Below, piece after piece: positions 46,925-60,699 of a stretch of 64,000 nt of DNA. This DNA comes from Octopus sinensis (lineage: Eukaryota), in assembly GCF_006345805.1 (NCBI RefSeq), contig NC_043000.1:160332001-160396000 (forward strand). The letters run 5' to 3'. Both the position numbers and the translations under genes were made by a program. The notes beneath the pieces are model-generated. The model ran no database searches. It saw only the letters and a list, made by a program, of their open reading frames with translations, and was not told where the DNA came from. Each line of letters begins with the position of its first letter. The first letter of the stretch is position 1.

Positions 46925-49560
46925 TTGTTGTTGTTGTTGTTATTTAACAGAGCAACTTCGCTAGAGGATGTAACAAGTTGACCACAGCCAGTAGGCTAAG
47001 TAACATTCTTCATCCAGATTTCGAGGACACAGCGGAGTATCCGTGCTGTTTCAAGCAACGCTTTCTTGTGTAGACGCCCTATCGTTGCATGCGCTCCTAT
47101 CTCTTCAATCCAGTTTGTGAGCGTCGTACGTATATTTGCCTAGGCTCCAACAACGACAGCTACAATACTTAATTTCTTAAAAGACCCCAGTCTTTTTATA
47201 TCTCACTTGAAACCATGATATCAGATCTGCATCTCCTGTTTTTCCAAAGGTACCTTCTCATCACCTGGGCATGTCTTATCTATGATTACATATACGTTTC
47301 TCTCTCTATTAAAAATCAATACAGCCAGCTTTCGATGTTCAAACTCATGATCCTATTGCATCATAACATCCCATGATATCTTTACCTTGTGATTCAGGAT
47401 CATTGCTTCTTTGGTTTGCCCCTAGTAAATCTTTGTTCTACCCAATCCATACTACCTACACGCCTCTTAATGAATCAACGTTGTGGCATTATCTTGTCTT
47501 CTTTTGTATTCCTATTGCGCATTTATTCGTGCACTTATTCACAGAATGCCTTATTATCCCACTGTTATCACTGCACATTCTGCACTTGTCACTTATTGCT
47601 GTATTTTGGTGTAATTTGTCCTAAATGCTGGTTCTTGTACTATCTTCCATCTCCCTTAATGAATGCCATCTTCCATCGACATCTGTATTTTAGTTCACAT
47701 CTTTCGCATACTGCCCGTACATTTTGCTTTCATTCCATTTTCTTTATCTTCCTTACTCTTTCCTTTTTCTTTGTGCCATTTTGTCTCAGCACACGTGTCT
47801 GTCCTGCCTATATAAGAAATTCTCACCTGCACTCGCAAATGTTCTACAGCATTCTTCATCCCAAACTAGTTTCTCCTAAGCACTTACGATTTCAACTTCT
47901 GATTTATCCCACCCACATTTTAACTGTCAATATCGTTCCATGTAAAGAATGCTCCGTGCCTTATGACTAGTTTTTTCGATTTCCTTAGCGCCTCTGTAAC
48001 TCTATTTTTGTTCCAAATGATAATACATGCACCATACTTGAATAATGCAAGCGCTCAAATAGTAATTAATCGAAAATGATTTCTTCCGTTTAGTTTTGAC
48101 CATTGCTCATGTCTAACTCTTGGGAAGTACAGTTTTGCGTTAAACGTTTCTTCGTTGTTTCTTCCATCATTTTCCTAAATTGAAATATGCCCGGTTATTC
48201 ATACCCATTTTCATCAATCATTTCCCATGAAGATACTTTTATAAATCAAGTTTCTCAACTTTCACTCTTAACAGGAATATTACTCAGGTCAAATTCAATT
48301 TCGATGTACTTTCAAAAGCAATGAAATATGTCCACTAAATAACAGATTTGAGCACAATCCTTACTTTATATTTCAAGATCCTTATGCTTTTGCACTTATA
48401 TCCAGATATTACTTTTCACAGTAATGATATTACAAGAATAAAAGTTAAAACAATTAGGAAAGGTGTAAAGCTGTTTCCTTGAAAAATCTCTTCCTTGATT
48501 TCTAACACGTTCTTAAGCTTGTGAGCCCAATCTTTCAACTTACCCTTTTTTTTCTAAAAGTCCTCTTGCCGTTCTTTACAACTCCGCTCATGTTCAAAGA
48601 TTCAATGAACCATGAATTTGGCTTCATATCATTCCTCCTACGGAAATCTGTCCATGACATTGCTAAATTTGTCTTCTTTCGCTTACTGTCTTTCATAACG
48701 ATTTTCACTGCGAAATGCAGTTCCCTAGTGCCCTTTGCAATTCCGTTTACAGCTCTCTATACAACAACCTGAATTTCGTTGCCATCGAGCAATGTATTTA
48801 TTTCATCAGTGATTATTCCAATGAACAGATTCTCTATCAATAGCAGGTATATTATGTGTCTGTAATTATCCACGGCATTCTCTGTGGAAGCACACTTCAA
48901 ACATAGTACTGTTTATCCGACAGTCATTTTCGTTGTTCGGCGCATTAAACTGTTGTACAATTTTTGTGGCATCCTGTCAGCTTATTTATCCAATACCCAC
49001 TGTACACTATCATACCCAGCTACTTTCCATTTACTCCTTTGCTCCTTTTCTTGTCGTACATTTTCTTTTTCGATTCTAATGTCTTCCTCCTGTGGACAAG
49101 TAACAGACACCTTCGAATTTTGTAGTCGCCCAGTCTCAGTATTACGATGCTCTTCCTTACGCCACATCTTACTCCTATTCTTTCCTATTCTTTCTGGCAT
49201 AACACTTTGTTGCGTGTTTTCTCGGCTTATTTCTTGATGAAATTTCTTCTGATCAATTTGTACTAATCTATTTTCCTACAATGCTCTACTCTGTCAGCAT
49301 ATCTTGTTACTTTTCCTATATTTACGAATATGCACTGCTTTATATCTTCAATTACAACCTTCAAACATTGCCTGTCACTGCTAAATTTTTTTCTTCAGTC
49401 TGTCATATTCATAACCATTTTCTAACTTCATCTTTCTCTTTCCAACAATCTTATCTACATCTTGAAATATTCTTTTACATTATGCGTCTTTGTTTTGTGC
49501 TTTTCTTGCACAGTTTCTTCTTTCACAGACATTTCGTTTCAACTTTTCTTTCGTCCCCCC
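46925..49560 (-). mobile_element. R4/Dong-like non-LTR retrotransposon (RT, CCHC knuckle, restriction-like endonuclease), heavily decayed
   Basis: Minus-strand remnants VVIEDIKQ..NRLVQIDQKKFHQ, KWKVAGYDSVQ, KTNLAMSWTDF, IFQGNSFTP, KCRMC..RHSVNKC, CPGDEK and ALLETARILRCVLEI; the tail lies in (CAA)n/(TAA)n. Confidence 0.8.
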
Positions 49561-49924
49561 ATCATCATCATCATCATCATTGCTGTTATTGTTAACATTA
49601 TCGTTGTTATCGTTATCATAACTCTATTACTATTACCGTTAGTAGTTGTTACTGATGTAGGCGCAAATTGCGGGCAGAAGGTTAATCGATTATTTGACTG
49701 ATTATTTGATTATCGACCAAGTTGGATAAAAAAAAATCAAATTTAAACCAAGTGTATTTAAACACTTTACGTTCTTAGTTCAAATGCTGCAATGGCCAGT
49801 TTTGCCTTTCAGCCATTCCTCTGAGGGCGTTAAAATAAAGTTCCAGTCTAGTGATGAGTCTCATGCTTTCGACTTGAAATCCACTTTCAATATTTCAGGG
49901 CCTTGTACCTTAAATCAGAAACAA

Positions 49925-50340
49925 TTCGTCCGTCCTTACGTTCTGAGTTCAAATTCCACCGAGGTCGACTTTGCCTTTCATCCTTTCGGGTTCGATGAAA
50001 TAAGTATCAGTTACGCACCTTGGCTGACGTAATCAACTCGCCCGCCCCCATAAAAATTTCAGGCCTTGTGTCTTTAGTAAAAATGATTATTAATACTGTT
50101 ATTGTTGCTTTTGTTGTCGTCGTTTAAATGATGAGCTGGCAAAATCGGATAAAATGCTTAGCGGTATTTCTTCCGATTTCTATCTTGAGTTCAAGTGCTG
50201 CCCAGGTTGACTTTGCATTCCTTCCTTTAGCGGACAATAAAATAGGTACCATTTGAATAATGTGCCGCTATATTCAACGTGCCCCCTCCACTAAGTTTCA
50301 GGGCTTGTACCTATAGTAGAAAGGATTATTATCGTTATTA
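49925..50340 (+). mobile_element. Two tandem SINE family E copies (about 49925-50090 and 50132-50340)
   Basis: Each has gagttcaa.. plus gactttgc(c/a)tt..cctt..gg and a ccttgt..tagtag/aaaa..attatt tail. Confidence 0.75.
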
Positions 50341-50983
50341 TCGTTGTTGTTACTATTATCCTCTTTTGTAGAACACGTGGCTTATGGGATTCGTTACTTT
50401 GTTTCAGAAGTTGTTTGAGTCTTCAAGCAGTCCATTCGTCAATGTCTTTTCGTCAGAATCTGGATATGCTTTTGTTATGAATAAAATAATTCTCTAAAGT
50501 ACATCTGCTTCATAACAGGATTTCACTAGAATTACGTTGCAAAACAAATGCAAATGTACAATTCTCTCTGGCTCCCTCTTTCTCTCTCTTTCTCTCACAG
50601 GCACACACACAAACACAGACACACACATACACGCACACCAACCCACACACTCGCTTAAGTAAACACCTAGCGTCCCCATCTATATCTTTCAAACATGCAA
50701 GCGTAACATTAAAGATAAAACTTGTGACATATGACTTCTGACATATGACATATGACTGTTTTCCAATACTTTGCTTTACCCATGTGATCTACATAAGTGA
50801 CACAATTCCCTTTTATATTATTTTACTGATTATATTTGAGAACCAGCTAGAACTCTTAATACATACCGACATATATGGACCAGAAATTTCAGTGATTAAA
50901 TATCTTTGCCGTACATTATACACAGTGAGAAACAACATAAAAAATATGGATAGTTCAATAGAATATTCCAATATTTTTCTGAT

Positions 50984-51310
50984 GAAGCGTGGCAATGTGG
51001 TTAGAAGCTTGTTTCCCAGTCACGTGATTTTGATTTCAGCTCAACTGCTTGGCCACTTGGGCAAGTTTCTTTTACTATAGCCTCAGGCTTATTAAAGCCT
51101 TATGAGGTAACGCAAAATGTGTTTGTGTACCACCACTGCTTGACAAACGTTGTTAGTGTGATTACGTCTCCCTAACTTAGCGATTCGGTAAAACAGACGA
51201 TAGAATAAGTGCAAAGCTTAAAAAAATCTGGGATCTGTTCATTCAACTAAATGTTGTTCAAGGCAGTGCCCCAGCATGGCCGAAATCTATTGACCTCAAC
51301 AAGTAAAGAA
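50984..51310 (+). mobile_element. SINE family A, old diverged copy
   Basis: gcgtggcaatgtggttagaagcttg..cttgggcaagtttcttttactatagcctc..taacttagcgattcgg..gatagaataagt. Confidence 0.7.
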
Positions 51311-53279
51311 ACGATATATTCTGATACATCTTTCTCGCTGACTCACATATCTTGTCATCACAAAATGTGCTATATTCTCAGCTGTGTTGTATGTTCTTCA
51401 CGAATTCCTCAACATACATACTTTGAATTTCAAATAAATATTATCAGTTTGCCTGATCTATGATTACAAATATACAGATTTACAGTACTGCCAATGCCTG
51501 AAATAGTGAGACGCCTCCCGTTGTGAATTATTAGGTTCTTGATAATGGTCGATCGCATTTAACGTACACAGTACAATGCCAGAGACAAAAACAGTTGCTG
51601 TATATTATAATGAAAATGTCCCTTATGGCTATTAAAATATATATTATTGTTTCTCATTTATTACACGCTTGATGGATGAATAACAAAAGAAATATTGCTA
51701 ACAACAGAATTGAATTTTCTGCGTTTTGAAAAAAACAAAAGCCAAAAAAATAACCGTCGTTTACTGTATGCTTTGATAAATTTCCCATGGCATATTGTGT
51801 AGAAATTACTATTATTGTCTGGTGTAGGTCTCGGTTGATACTATTGTTTTCTTATTCTCTCTGTGTGTTTTTGTTGGTTGTGTGTGTGTGCGTGTGCGTG
51901 CTCGCGTGAGCTTTAGCGAGAAATAAATAGACATGAACTGGAATCGAGCGTCCGGTTACTGATAGAAAGGAAAGAGGGAGGTATGATCAAACTAATAGTA
52001 TGACCTAAAATCCTCGCAACGGAATGTGTTTCGCTAAAAACACCCAAGATGACGCGTTTAAGTCTCCCAACTTAGTAGGTCATAGGGGGATTTGGTGACA
52101 AAACACACACACACACACACACACCACACACACAGAAACAAATACTGCATCGCCCTCAGTTCGATATTCTTACTGTTCCTCTGATCCACTGCCTTGGATT
52201 GGTAGATTTTTATCGACCCTGAATGGCTAAAAGTTAAAAAGAACATCAGTGATATTTGAAGTCAAGGCGCAAAGAGACAAAACAAATATTATGAAACATT
52301 CTGTAATACGCTCTGACAATTCTACCAGTTTTTGTCCAATATGCTTGTGTAGTATATTTAACCTCAGAGAATTTCTCTTTGAAATGGCAAAGGTCACTGT
52401 AAAGGCATTCCAGCCATGGTCATTCTCTCATATCAAAGAAAGCATAGAGTTTCTTTTTCTTTTAACAGTACTATGTAAATTGTGAAGGCCTAGCTACTAT
52501 TTCTAACAAGTTAGGAAGCCACTGAGAGAGCCCCTTATTGTCTTGTTTGGAGAATGTCATGTGTGAATATTGCGAGATAATATTTTAGTGATATTTGTAA
52601 CTCAGCCGACGGCGTTGATAGTAGTTACAATTGCGCCCCTGCTGAACTTATACTTTGTTAGGGTTAATACACCCTGCATATTCATACGTAAGGTTCGAAC
52701 GCAGTATGTCAAAAGAAATTAAGATTCCTTATATAAAAATCCATCATAATTTAGCGAATAGTCTTAATTCTAATCAAAATGTAATTATTTGTTCACTATT
52801 TTGTTTATAATTTAAAGGCTTCTCCTTCCATTGTCTGCTGATTTGAAACCTAACACACTTCAACGCCAAATATTTTAAACTCGTTGACAAGTTGGTATCA
52901 TTTCGATTGAGTTACATATAGAGTGCACGTTAAGTACAGAGTCTCTTCCTACCCCAGTCTTAGTCCCTTTTTAAAAAAAATGTTATACATAAATGTCAAA
53001 AACGTTGCTCTAAATTGCTTGCTTGAAAAAAAAAACCCGCATAAATATTACTTACATCTAAAAACTAGTAAAAATACAAATGTAATGAAAATACAAGCTT
53101 CACACTATAATCTGACTGAGTAAGATTTTCCATTCAGCTACAGAGGCATCAATAGAAAATTTATTGGAAGTTGTTACTTGGTTCTTATTAAATCTTACGA
53201 TGAGATAACCAGCCACAGAAAAGGGAATTTCGTAGCGTAGATAAACCTAAAGTTTTCCACAAACCCACTGCATTCAACA

Positions 53280-54159
53280 GCGTGTAGTATCATGATAAAA
53301 CGATGGCAAGAAGAGGCCCTTCATGGTAAATACTGGGTTCAATTAATCGCAAAAGAAAGTCCCAACAATGATGGAGAAGCTCAGGAATCAAAGCAGAGAC
53401 TGAAGGGTATTTAATTGCAGCATAAGACTAATGCCTTCACACCAGAAATTACCAAAAACATTTATAGCAAGTAACTATAGAATATGTAGATAAGGACAAG
53501 AAACAAAAACTATATTGTCTCAGGACGCCCATTCCTGGCTAATAAGTAATATATTCATAGACACGACAGTGTTGGGATCAACATACACTAGAAGCTATGC
53601 CAACACTATGGAATGACAACGGAAAAAAGATGGTGTAGGCACACGCCAGAAAAGGCCACAGAAAATGAGAAAAGAACTATAGTATGGGTTGTGTCAATAC
53701 ACACAGATAGAGAACTTAAGGCCAATCGGCCGGATACAGTTGTCAGAGTTCATCAAGAAAAACAATGCTTTCTAATCGATGTATCAATACCAAGAGATGA
53801 CAACGTTTCTCTAAAAGAAATGGAAAGACTATCAAAATACAAAGACCTGGCAATAGAAGTAACTCGAATGTGAAGTCTAAAAACAGAAACAATTACTATC
53901 ATAGTATGCGCGTTAGGTATGATGAAAATATATTCAGACATATACGTATCAACAAAACACCAGGTCTAACAAGCATATATAACATACAGAAAATAGCACT
54001 TCTAGGCATCGCACACATCCCACGTAATGCACTTTCAATGCAGTAACAACAAAAGCATCATAACAAACAACAGCATGTACCCAAGGCATACAGAGCTGCG
54101 GTCGGTATTGCAGTGAAAGAACGTAATAAAAATATGAATGCTGAATAATAATAATAATG

Positions 54160-54195
<36 letters not shown>

Positions 54196-54200
54196 TAATA
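53280..54200 (+). mobile_element. R4/Dong-like LINE 3' fragment (CCHC region + restriction-like endonuclease) ending in (TAA)n
   Basis: WQEEALHGKYW, RSSGIKAETEGYLIAA, HRHDSVGINIH, TDRELKANRPD..LIDVSIP.D..KEMERLSKYKDL and IQKIALLG. Confidence 0.85.
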
Positions 54201-54213
54201 ATAATAACAATGG

Positions 54214-54247
<34 letters not shown>

Positions 54248-54589
54248 GGTGAAGATGATGATGATGAGGATGATGAAGGTGAAGATGATGATGATGATGA
54301 TGATGATGATCTTGATGATGATGATGATGATGATGATGATCTTGATGGTGATGAGGATGATGATGATGATGATGATAACGACGACGACGACGACGACGAC
54401 GATAATGATGATATGTTAATGATTTCACTTATCGCCTACAAGATCGAATGATGAGGGGGACAATACAAAGAAGGACATAAAGACGTAATGAAATGATAAA
54501 AGAGGAAAGGAAAAAAGAAATTAAGTATACAGGGTGTGCACTAAAAAAGAAGTTTTAAAAAGTGGCGGAGAGAATGACAGAAATGTGGT

Positions 54590-54847
54590 CTTCCTGATAA
54601 AGGAAAGCCTCTATGGATAATCGAGGAATCCTACTGTCCATGATTTCCCTGAAATCCCAACAGGAAGTGCCCTCTCCGTTTCATAGGTCGACACTTACAG
54701 AAGAATCATTCACTCTTGAGATTTTCGCAACTTTCGTCCACCAGCTTTCAATAAACTCCGCAAGGACAGTACTTCCCTCTCCATTCCCAATTTCTCTGAA
54801 ACTTGAAGTCAATGAGACCTCTACCAATGATGAATGTATTTGTCCTC

Positions 54848-54850
<3 letters not shown>
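54590..54850 (-). mobile_element. Possible Tx1/L1-like LINE extreme 3' fragment
   Basis: Frameshifted minus translation GRGLIDF..KLGMEREVLS / LAEFIESWWTKVAKISRVNDSSVSVDL* resembles, from memory, the C-termini of Tx1-type ORF2; no catalytic motif is present. Confidence 0.4.
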
Positions 54851-54885
<35 letters not shown>

Positions 54886-55019
54886 TATAATAATAATAAT
54901 AATAGCAACAACAACAACAATAATAATAATAATAATAATAATAACACATGCCCTGATGCAGTACCAGACATTGTTTTGTGTTGGTATAAAAGATGGGTTA
55001 TAGCAAATATCTGCTCAAT

Positions 55020-55449
55020 ACCACAGATTTGCTTGTCAGTTGTTTGACCTTAACCAGTTGACCATGTCCCTCAGTGGCTGATGATATGTGCATCTCTGAC
55101 TACGAGCAGAAGTAGTGGGTGAACATCATACCCGTGTGTTGAAAGAAATTTTTGGAGGTTTGGATATTTCATCTTTGGAAACATGGGGGGATCGTTCAAC
55201 ATCTTTAAACAATCCTTATTCAGGGACCTTTTGAGTGGGATGTGCTACTCGACCAGAAGAAAATTCTAACTAGGCCCCCACCTGCAAGGTCATGTGCTGT
55301 TTATCTTGATATGAGATCATCATGTCGCGCACATATGGCTGTGATGCATGTGCCTAGTGTACCCTTATCAGGGTAGTCATGATGGGTATACTGGGCTTCG
55401 TACATTTTACCCCAGTGTCACTTTGATGACATGCACTGCTCTATCACTC

Positions 55450-55489
<40 letters not shown>

Positions 55490-55500
55490 TGAAGAAGAAG
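55020..55500 (+). mobile_element. Probable retroposon (SINE or LINE 3' UTR) ending in (AAT)n
   Basis: GC-richer ~430-bp segment ending gcactgctctatcactc followed by (AAT)n. It is single copy in this window, so the call rests on architecture only. Confidence 0.35.
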
Positions 55501-56461
55501 AAGAAGAAGAAGAGAAAACAATACTAACAACTCTTCCACTACTACTACTACTACTACTTTATCCACCATCATTACTACCACTACTACTACCATCACCACC
55601 ACTGCCACCACCACACCACCACGACCACCACCACGTCCACCACCACCACGTCCACCACCACCACCACCACCACTACAACAACAACAACTACTACTACTAC
55701 TACTACTACTAGAACTACTAATGCTGCTGCTCATACTACTAGTACTACTACTACTACTACTACGAATTCTCATTTTTTAATATTACTGTATTATGAATAC
55801 CACCAACTTCACCACATCAAAATCAACATCAATATGTTTTTGTCGATATAATTATTCAAGTCATCGTTGCCAAATCCAGCAGCTGAACCAGTATCAATAC
55901 CACCATCATCATCATCATTTTCATCACAACCATTCCCACAACTAACATCACATTAACTACGATCAAAAGTGGCACCAGTGTCATCTACACCTTCACAATG
56001 CTGCTGACTACGTGCGGTGTATCACTTGTAGTTGAGATAAAATGGCTTCTAACTGCAATCACTCAAGCCTTGTGACATGAAGGGGAAAATAAGGATATAA
56101 AATCGACTATTATGCGTTGATGTGTACACAAATATATACACACATACTTTCATATAAACAGATATACCTACAGACAGAGACAGTGAGAGACAGACAGTGA
56201 CAGTGTGATAAATAGATAGCTAGATAAATCAAGAGATAGATAGAAAGGTAGGTAAGTAGGTAGGTAGGTAGGTAGGTTGGTTGGTTGGTAGGTTGGTTGT
56301 TGGTATGTAGGTAGATAAATAGATAGATAGGTAGGTAGATAAATAGAATGATAGATATAAAGAAAGTTAGATGAGTGTTTGAGAGCCTCTGTGTGTGGTT
56401 GGGAGCCCCTCTCTCTGCCTGTATTTTCGTGAAACTGTTTAAGAGAAAATGTTACTTTGTT

Positions 56462-56595
56462 TAATAGTCAGGTGGTGTACAAAACAAACAGATGTATTAG
56501 TATAACGCTCAGGAATAGAAAAGTCTTTTACGTTTCGAGTCTACGCTCTTCTACAGAAAGGTACTCAAAAAAACAAGGAGAGAGAAAAGGCGCAG
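56462..56595 (-). mobile_element. Penelope family 1 solo pLTR fragment with hammerhead-like motif at 56525-56560
   Basis: Minus strand reads CTTT CTGTAGA A GAGC GTAG ACTC GAA ACGT A AAAG; flanks are homologous to the other three pLTR copies. Confidence 0.75.
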
Positions 56596-56808
56596 TTACC
56601 TCCCTTGACTGCGGGTTTAAACAAGCTCCCGCCAGATGGCGCAACCAGCGATGAGATTCTTACACTAGGTTTTGCGACTTCCTCTTTTGACTTTTAGAAG
56701 TCGGAGAGCAAAGACATTATCTAGTTGGCTCTTTTACAACACACGCCAGCTAGCAGACATGTAGTACACAGAAGATGAACATGTCCTCAATTCATCAAAC
56801 TCTTTCCA

Positions 56809-57233
56809 GAAGTGGCTGAGTGGTAAGTAGCTTGCTTACCAACCACATGGTTCTTGGTTCAGTCCCACTGCGTGGCACCTTGGGCAAGTGTCTTCTACTA
56901 TAGCCTCGGTCCGACCAAAGCCTTGCGAGTGGGTTTCGAAGACGAAAACTGAAAGAAGCCCGTCGTATATATGTGTATATATGTATATGTGTGTGTGTGT
57001 ATGTGTGTGTGTATGTTTGTGTGTCTGTGTTTGTCGCCCCCCCCCCTAACATCGTTTGACAACCGATGCTAGTGTGTTTACGTACCCATAACGTAGCGGT
57101 TCGGCAAAAGAGACCGCTAGAATAAGTACAAGGCTTCCAAGGAATAAGTCTTGGGATCGATTTGCTCGACTAAAGGTGGTGCATGGCCGCAGTCAAATGA
57201 CTGAAACGAGTAAAAAGAATTTAAAAAAAGAAT
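56809..57233 (+). mobile_element. tRNA-derived SINE family A, full length
   Basis: gtggctgagtggtaagtagcttgcttaccaaccacatggttcttggttcagtcccactgcgtggcaccttgggcaagtg..gactgaaacgagtaaaaagaat. Confidence 0.9.
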
Positions 57234-57417
57234 ATTGTTCATTTGTATATGTTTGAGACCTCGAGTAAAAATATTTAAAGTAACAGCCTTGTTATATGAA
57301 CTCATTGTACCGTGTTCTTTTATCAAATGATATTACAGCCTTCTGAACAGAGACCTCATTAGATGGCTTCAATAATATTTTGGATGCTGATAACCTCAGT
57401 TTGTGAAGCCATCTAAA

Positions 57418-59000
57418 AGGATATAATCATTAAAAGGATTATATCAGTGGCTAGACTATAAATACTATGCCTGCGCAGACTTATTGAAGAATCAAAAGCA
57501 TTTAATCGCGATCTTGCAATGGTATTTGTAGACTTTTCTAAAGCGTTCGATTCTATAGATAGGTGCAAGATGTTTGAAATCCTTAAGCTCTATGGGATAC
57601 CAGACAAAATTATTTCTGCCATCAAGGTCCTCTACACAGATACGTCTTCAACCATCTTAACCCCTGATGGAGAAACATCATCTTTCTCGATCGAGGCCGG
57701 AATACTGCAGGGAGACACACTCGCCCCATTTCTTTTCATCATTGTTGTTGATTATGTGCTACGTATGTCAGTTGATACCATCTCTGGCAAGGGCTTTGAA
57801 ATAAAACCAAGAAGAAGTTCCAGACACCCAGCTGAGTACTTGACAGACACTGACTTTGCTGACGACATCGCTCTTATCCGTGATTCTCTCTCCAATGCCC
57901 AGTCTCTTTTACAATCTCTTGAACAAGCCTCAAATTGTGTAGGTCTTTACCTTAATGAGACCAAAACTGAATACATAAACAAGTGCCTGTCCAACAGTGA
58001 TTGCATCATCCACACTCTCAACAGTGCACCTTTAAATATGGTTTCTGATTATAAATATCTTGGGTCATACATATCATCATCTGGAAAAGACTTTCTAACT
58101 AGAAAGGGTATGGCCTGGTCAGCCTGTAGTGACATGCATAAGATCTGGTCATCAAATCTAAGTAGAGACTTCAAACTTGAAATATTCAAAGCCACAGTCG
58201 AACCAATTCTACTATATGGCTCAGAAACCTGGACGTTATCAAAGAAGCTTGAGAGGCGGTTGGATGGAACCTACACTCGCCTCCTTATGAGAGCTCAAAA
58301 TCTCTCGTGGAGGCGCCATCCAACTAAAATGCAAATATATGGGAAATTACCACCTGTGTCATCTCTTGTGAAGGGTAGGAGAGTCCAGTTTGCTGGACAT
58401 TGTTGTAGAGCTGAAAAAGAAGTAATTTCTACCCTTCTCCTCTGGAAGCCATCTACTCGCAACACCAGAGGGCGCACACTCTCCTACCCTGATGTAATCT
58501 CCAGGGATACAGGCATCCAGCAACAGGACCTCCGTAATGCTATGATGGACCGTGAAGTCTGGCGCAACATGGTAAATTCCATTGTCTCGACCACGGTCGA
58601 ACAATGATGATGAGACTATAAAAAATGACCTTATCGGTAAAATTAAATTTTAAGTGTATAATTACAAAAACAAAATTATAATAATGGGCGCTGGAATGTC
58701 AGCGCCTATGCGTTAGAAGTAGATATCAAATACCAACAATCCACTTCAAATTTGTCCTCTATTTATAACCCCAGGTCGAATTCGAGGTAATGAACAAAAT
58801 TTCTGATAATATAGGATTATCCGATATAGGATTACCTGTTCTACTTCGTGGATTTTCATCAATCGAGTGGGGTTTTGGAACGTAGCACCCGCTAGATTTC
58901 AGGGATTACAGTATACGAAATTTGTTAATCTTCTTGCTCATTACTTCGCATTGCATTCGACCTGGTGTTATGAATAGAGAAATAATTTGACATCTACTTC
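57418..59000 (+). mobile_element. Helitron-3'-region-related non-coding repeat, split by the RTE insertion
   Basis: Removing the LINE restores ggatataatcattaaaa.gattatatcagtggctag..tataaaaaatgacc.tatcggtaaaattaa as seen at 3205-3272. Sequence at 58680-58830 aligns with 2815-2955. Confidence 0.7.
57463..58612 (+). mobile_element. RTE-group LINE, 5'-truncated, with uninterrupted RT/C-terminal frame (57471-58607) and 10-bp TSD
   Basis: LRRLIEE..FVDFSKAFDSI, GILQGDTLAPFLFIIVVDYVL, DFADDIAL, YKYLGS and LLYGSETW. Short (TGA)n tail; agactataaa at 57453-62 and 58613-22. Confidence 0.95.
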
Positions 59001-59070
59001 TAATGTCTAGGCGATGGTATTCCAGCGCCATAAATTATAATTATATTCTTATAATTATATACTTAAAACA

Positions 59071-59127
<57 letters not shown>

Positions 59128-60699
59128 CACCCACACAAACACACACACACACAAACACACACTCACATATATGCATCGTTAAATATGTGTACGGGTGTAC
59201 GTAAGCGCAAGTGTAAGATTCTGTATATGTATATGTTTGTGTATAAAAAAGACGGTTTATCGCCACACTCACACACTCATGCATATATACACATTAATAT
59301 ATTTAATATATATATATCGCACTTTGTATTCTCAGTACCTAAGGGAAATCTGTTTTTGATACAACTCGTGTAAACTAGTTGGAAATATAATGCGTGTAAG
59401 TTTCATTAACAACATCAGTCTCAACATTCATAAACATTCTGCAGTGATCAGCGAAATTGTAACATCGATCCGAGTTTAAGGGTATTATTAATCACAAGAC
59501 ATTTACATCATGTTACTAACAAAATATTTATGGATTTATTTATTTATTCATTATGTTCAGTATTTGCTTATTCACATCATTGTTTTCACTTTCAATGTTA
59601 GCTGCTGTTATTTCTTCCCTGTATAATTTTGCTTTCATGTACAAGAATAACAAATAAATAGAGCCAAAATACTGGCATATTGACCTTTTTTTGCTCACAT
59701 CTGCAATTATGAGTTATTTGCGGACTTAAACGCACGCCCATACACAAACAGATGAAAAAACATAAATTGTAGTAAGCATGTATTTTTCTGTATTAGTGTT
59801 TCCGTATGTATCTACATTTAAATACGTATAAGAAAAGGGCAATTTACGCGTAACACATAACCAAAGCTCGGGCTCAGTTGAGGATTCTGCACACCACTCC
59901 AGTATCCGGCTTAATACGTCATGGAACGCCAACTATGCGAAATATGCGCCAAAGAATAGAAATAACGATCCTTCAAAGATACCAGCTATGGTATTCAATG
60001 CTCTATAGGGCATAGACACATTTCCACAAAATGGTGTAGTTATAACTTGATGTTTGGAGATATATCACACAATTTTGCACTTCACCTCATCAGTGTTCTG
60101 GAATAACTACAACGGCAGATGCGTAAAGTTCCGAATGTATAGGCAAATAATAAACAGACTCGCCCATCACACAATGTAGGCGAGCAGAAAATATATCCCT
60201 TGGTTTTATGAGGTTAAACCTCGTCTAAATCAGAGTATTTCAGGCCAGGAACCAAACAGATACCAATAAAGCACTCGGTTTTAAACGACTTTTGTTAACT
60301 ATAATAAGACAGCAATAGATGCATGCTTAATGCACATCCAATGTAATTCCGCTTGCACGACAAGGGGATCAAATATCATTTCGAAGAATTTCGAGAAATT
60401 TAGAGTACTAGGCAACAACAATACGTGTATAGAAAATCACATCTAATTGTAGACTTCACTTTACAAAGCCGACAATTGTCTCTTTTGTATTACCACTTTT
60501 AGGTATTAACACGACGTTGCTTTAACATGTGTTTTCGGAAATATTAATTTCAATGACATTTTTCTAAATCGAAATATCTTGATACAACAGAGCCAAACGT
60601 CGGCGTTGTAAGTTGATGTCTACAATGAAAAATGTGATTTTCTCCAGGCATGTTTATATATATATATATAATGGGCGGCATAGGGGTGGCTATGGGCGT

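Noticed and set aside
60070-60098. CTGATGAG on the minus strand as a hammerhead core
   Set aside because: No stem II followed by GAAA and no stem I/III pairing.
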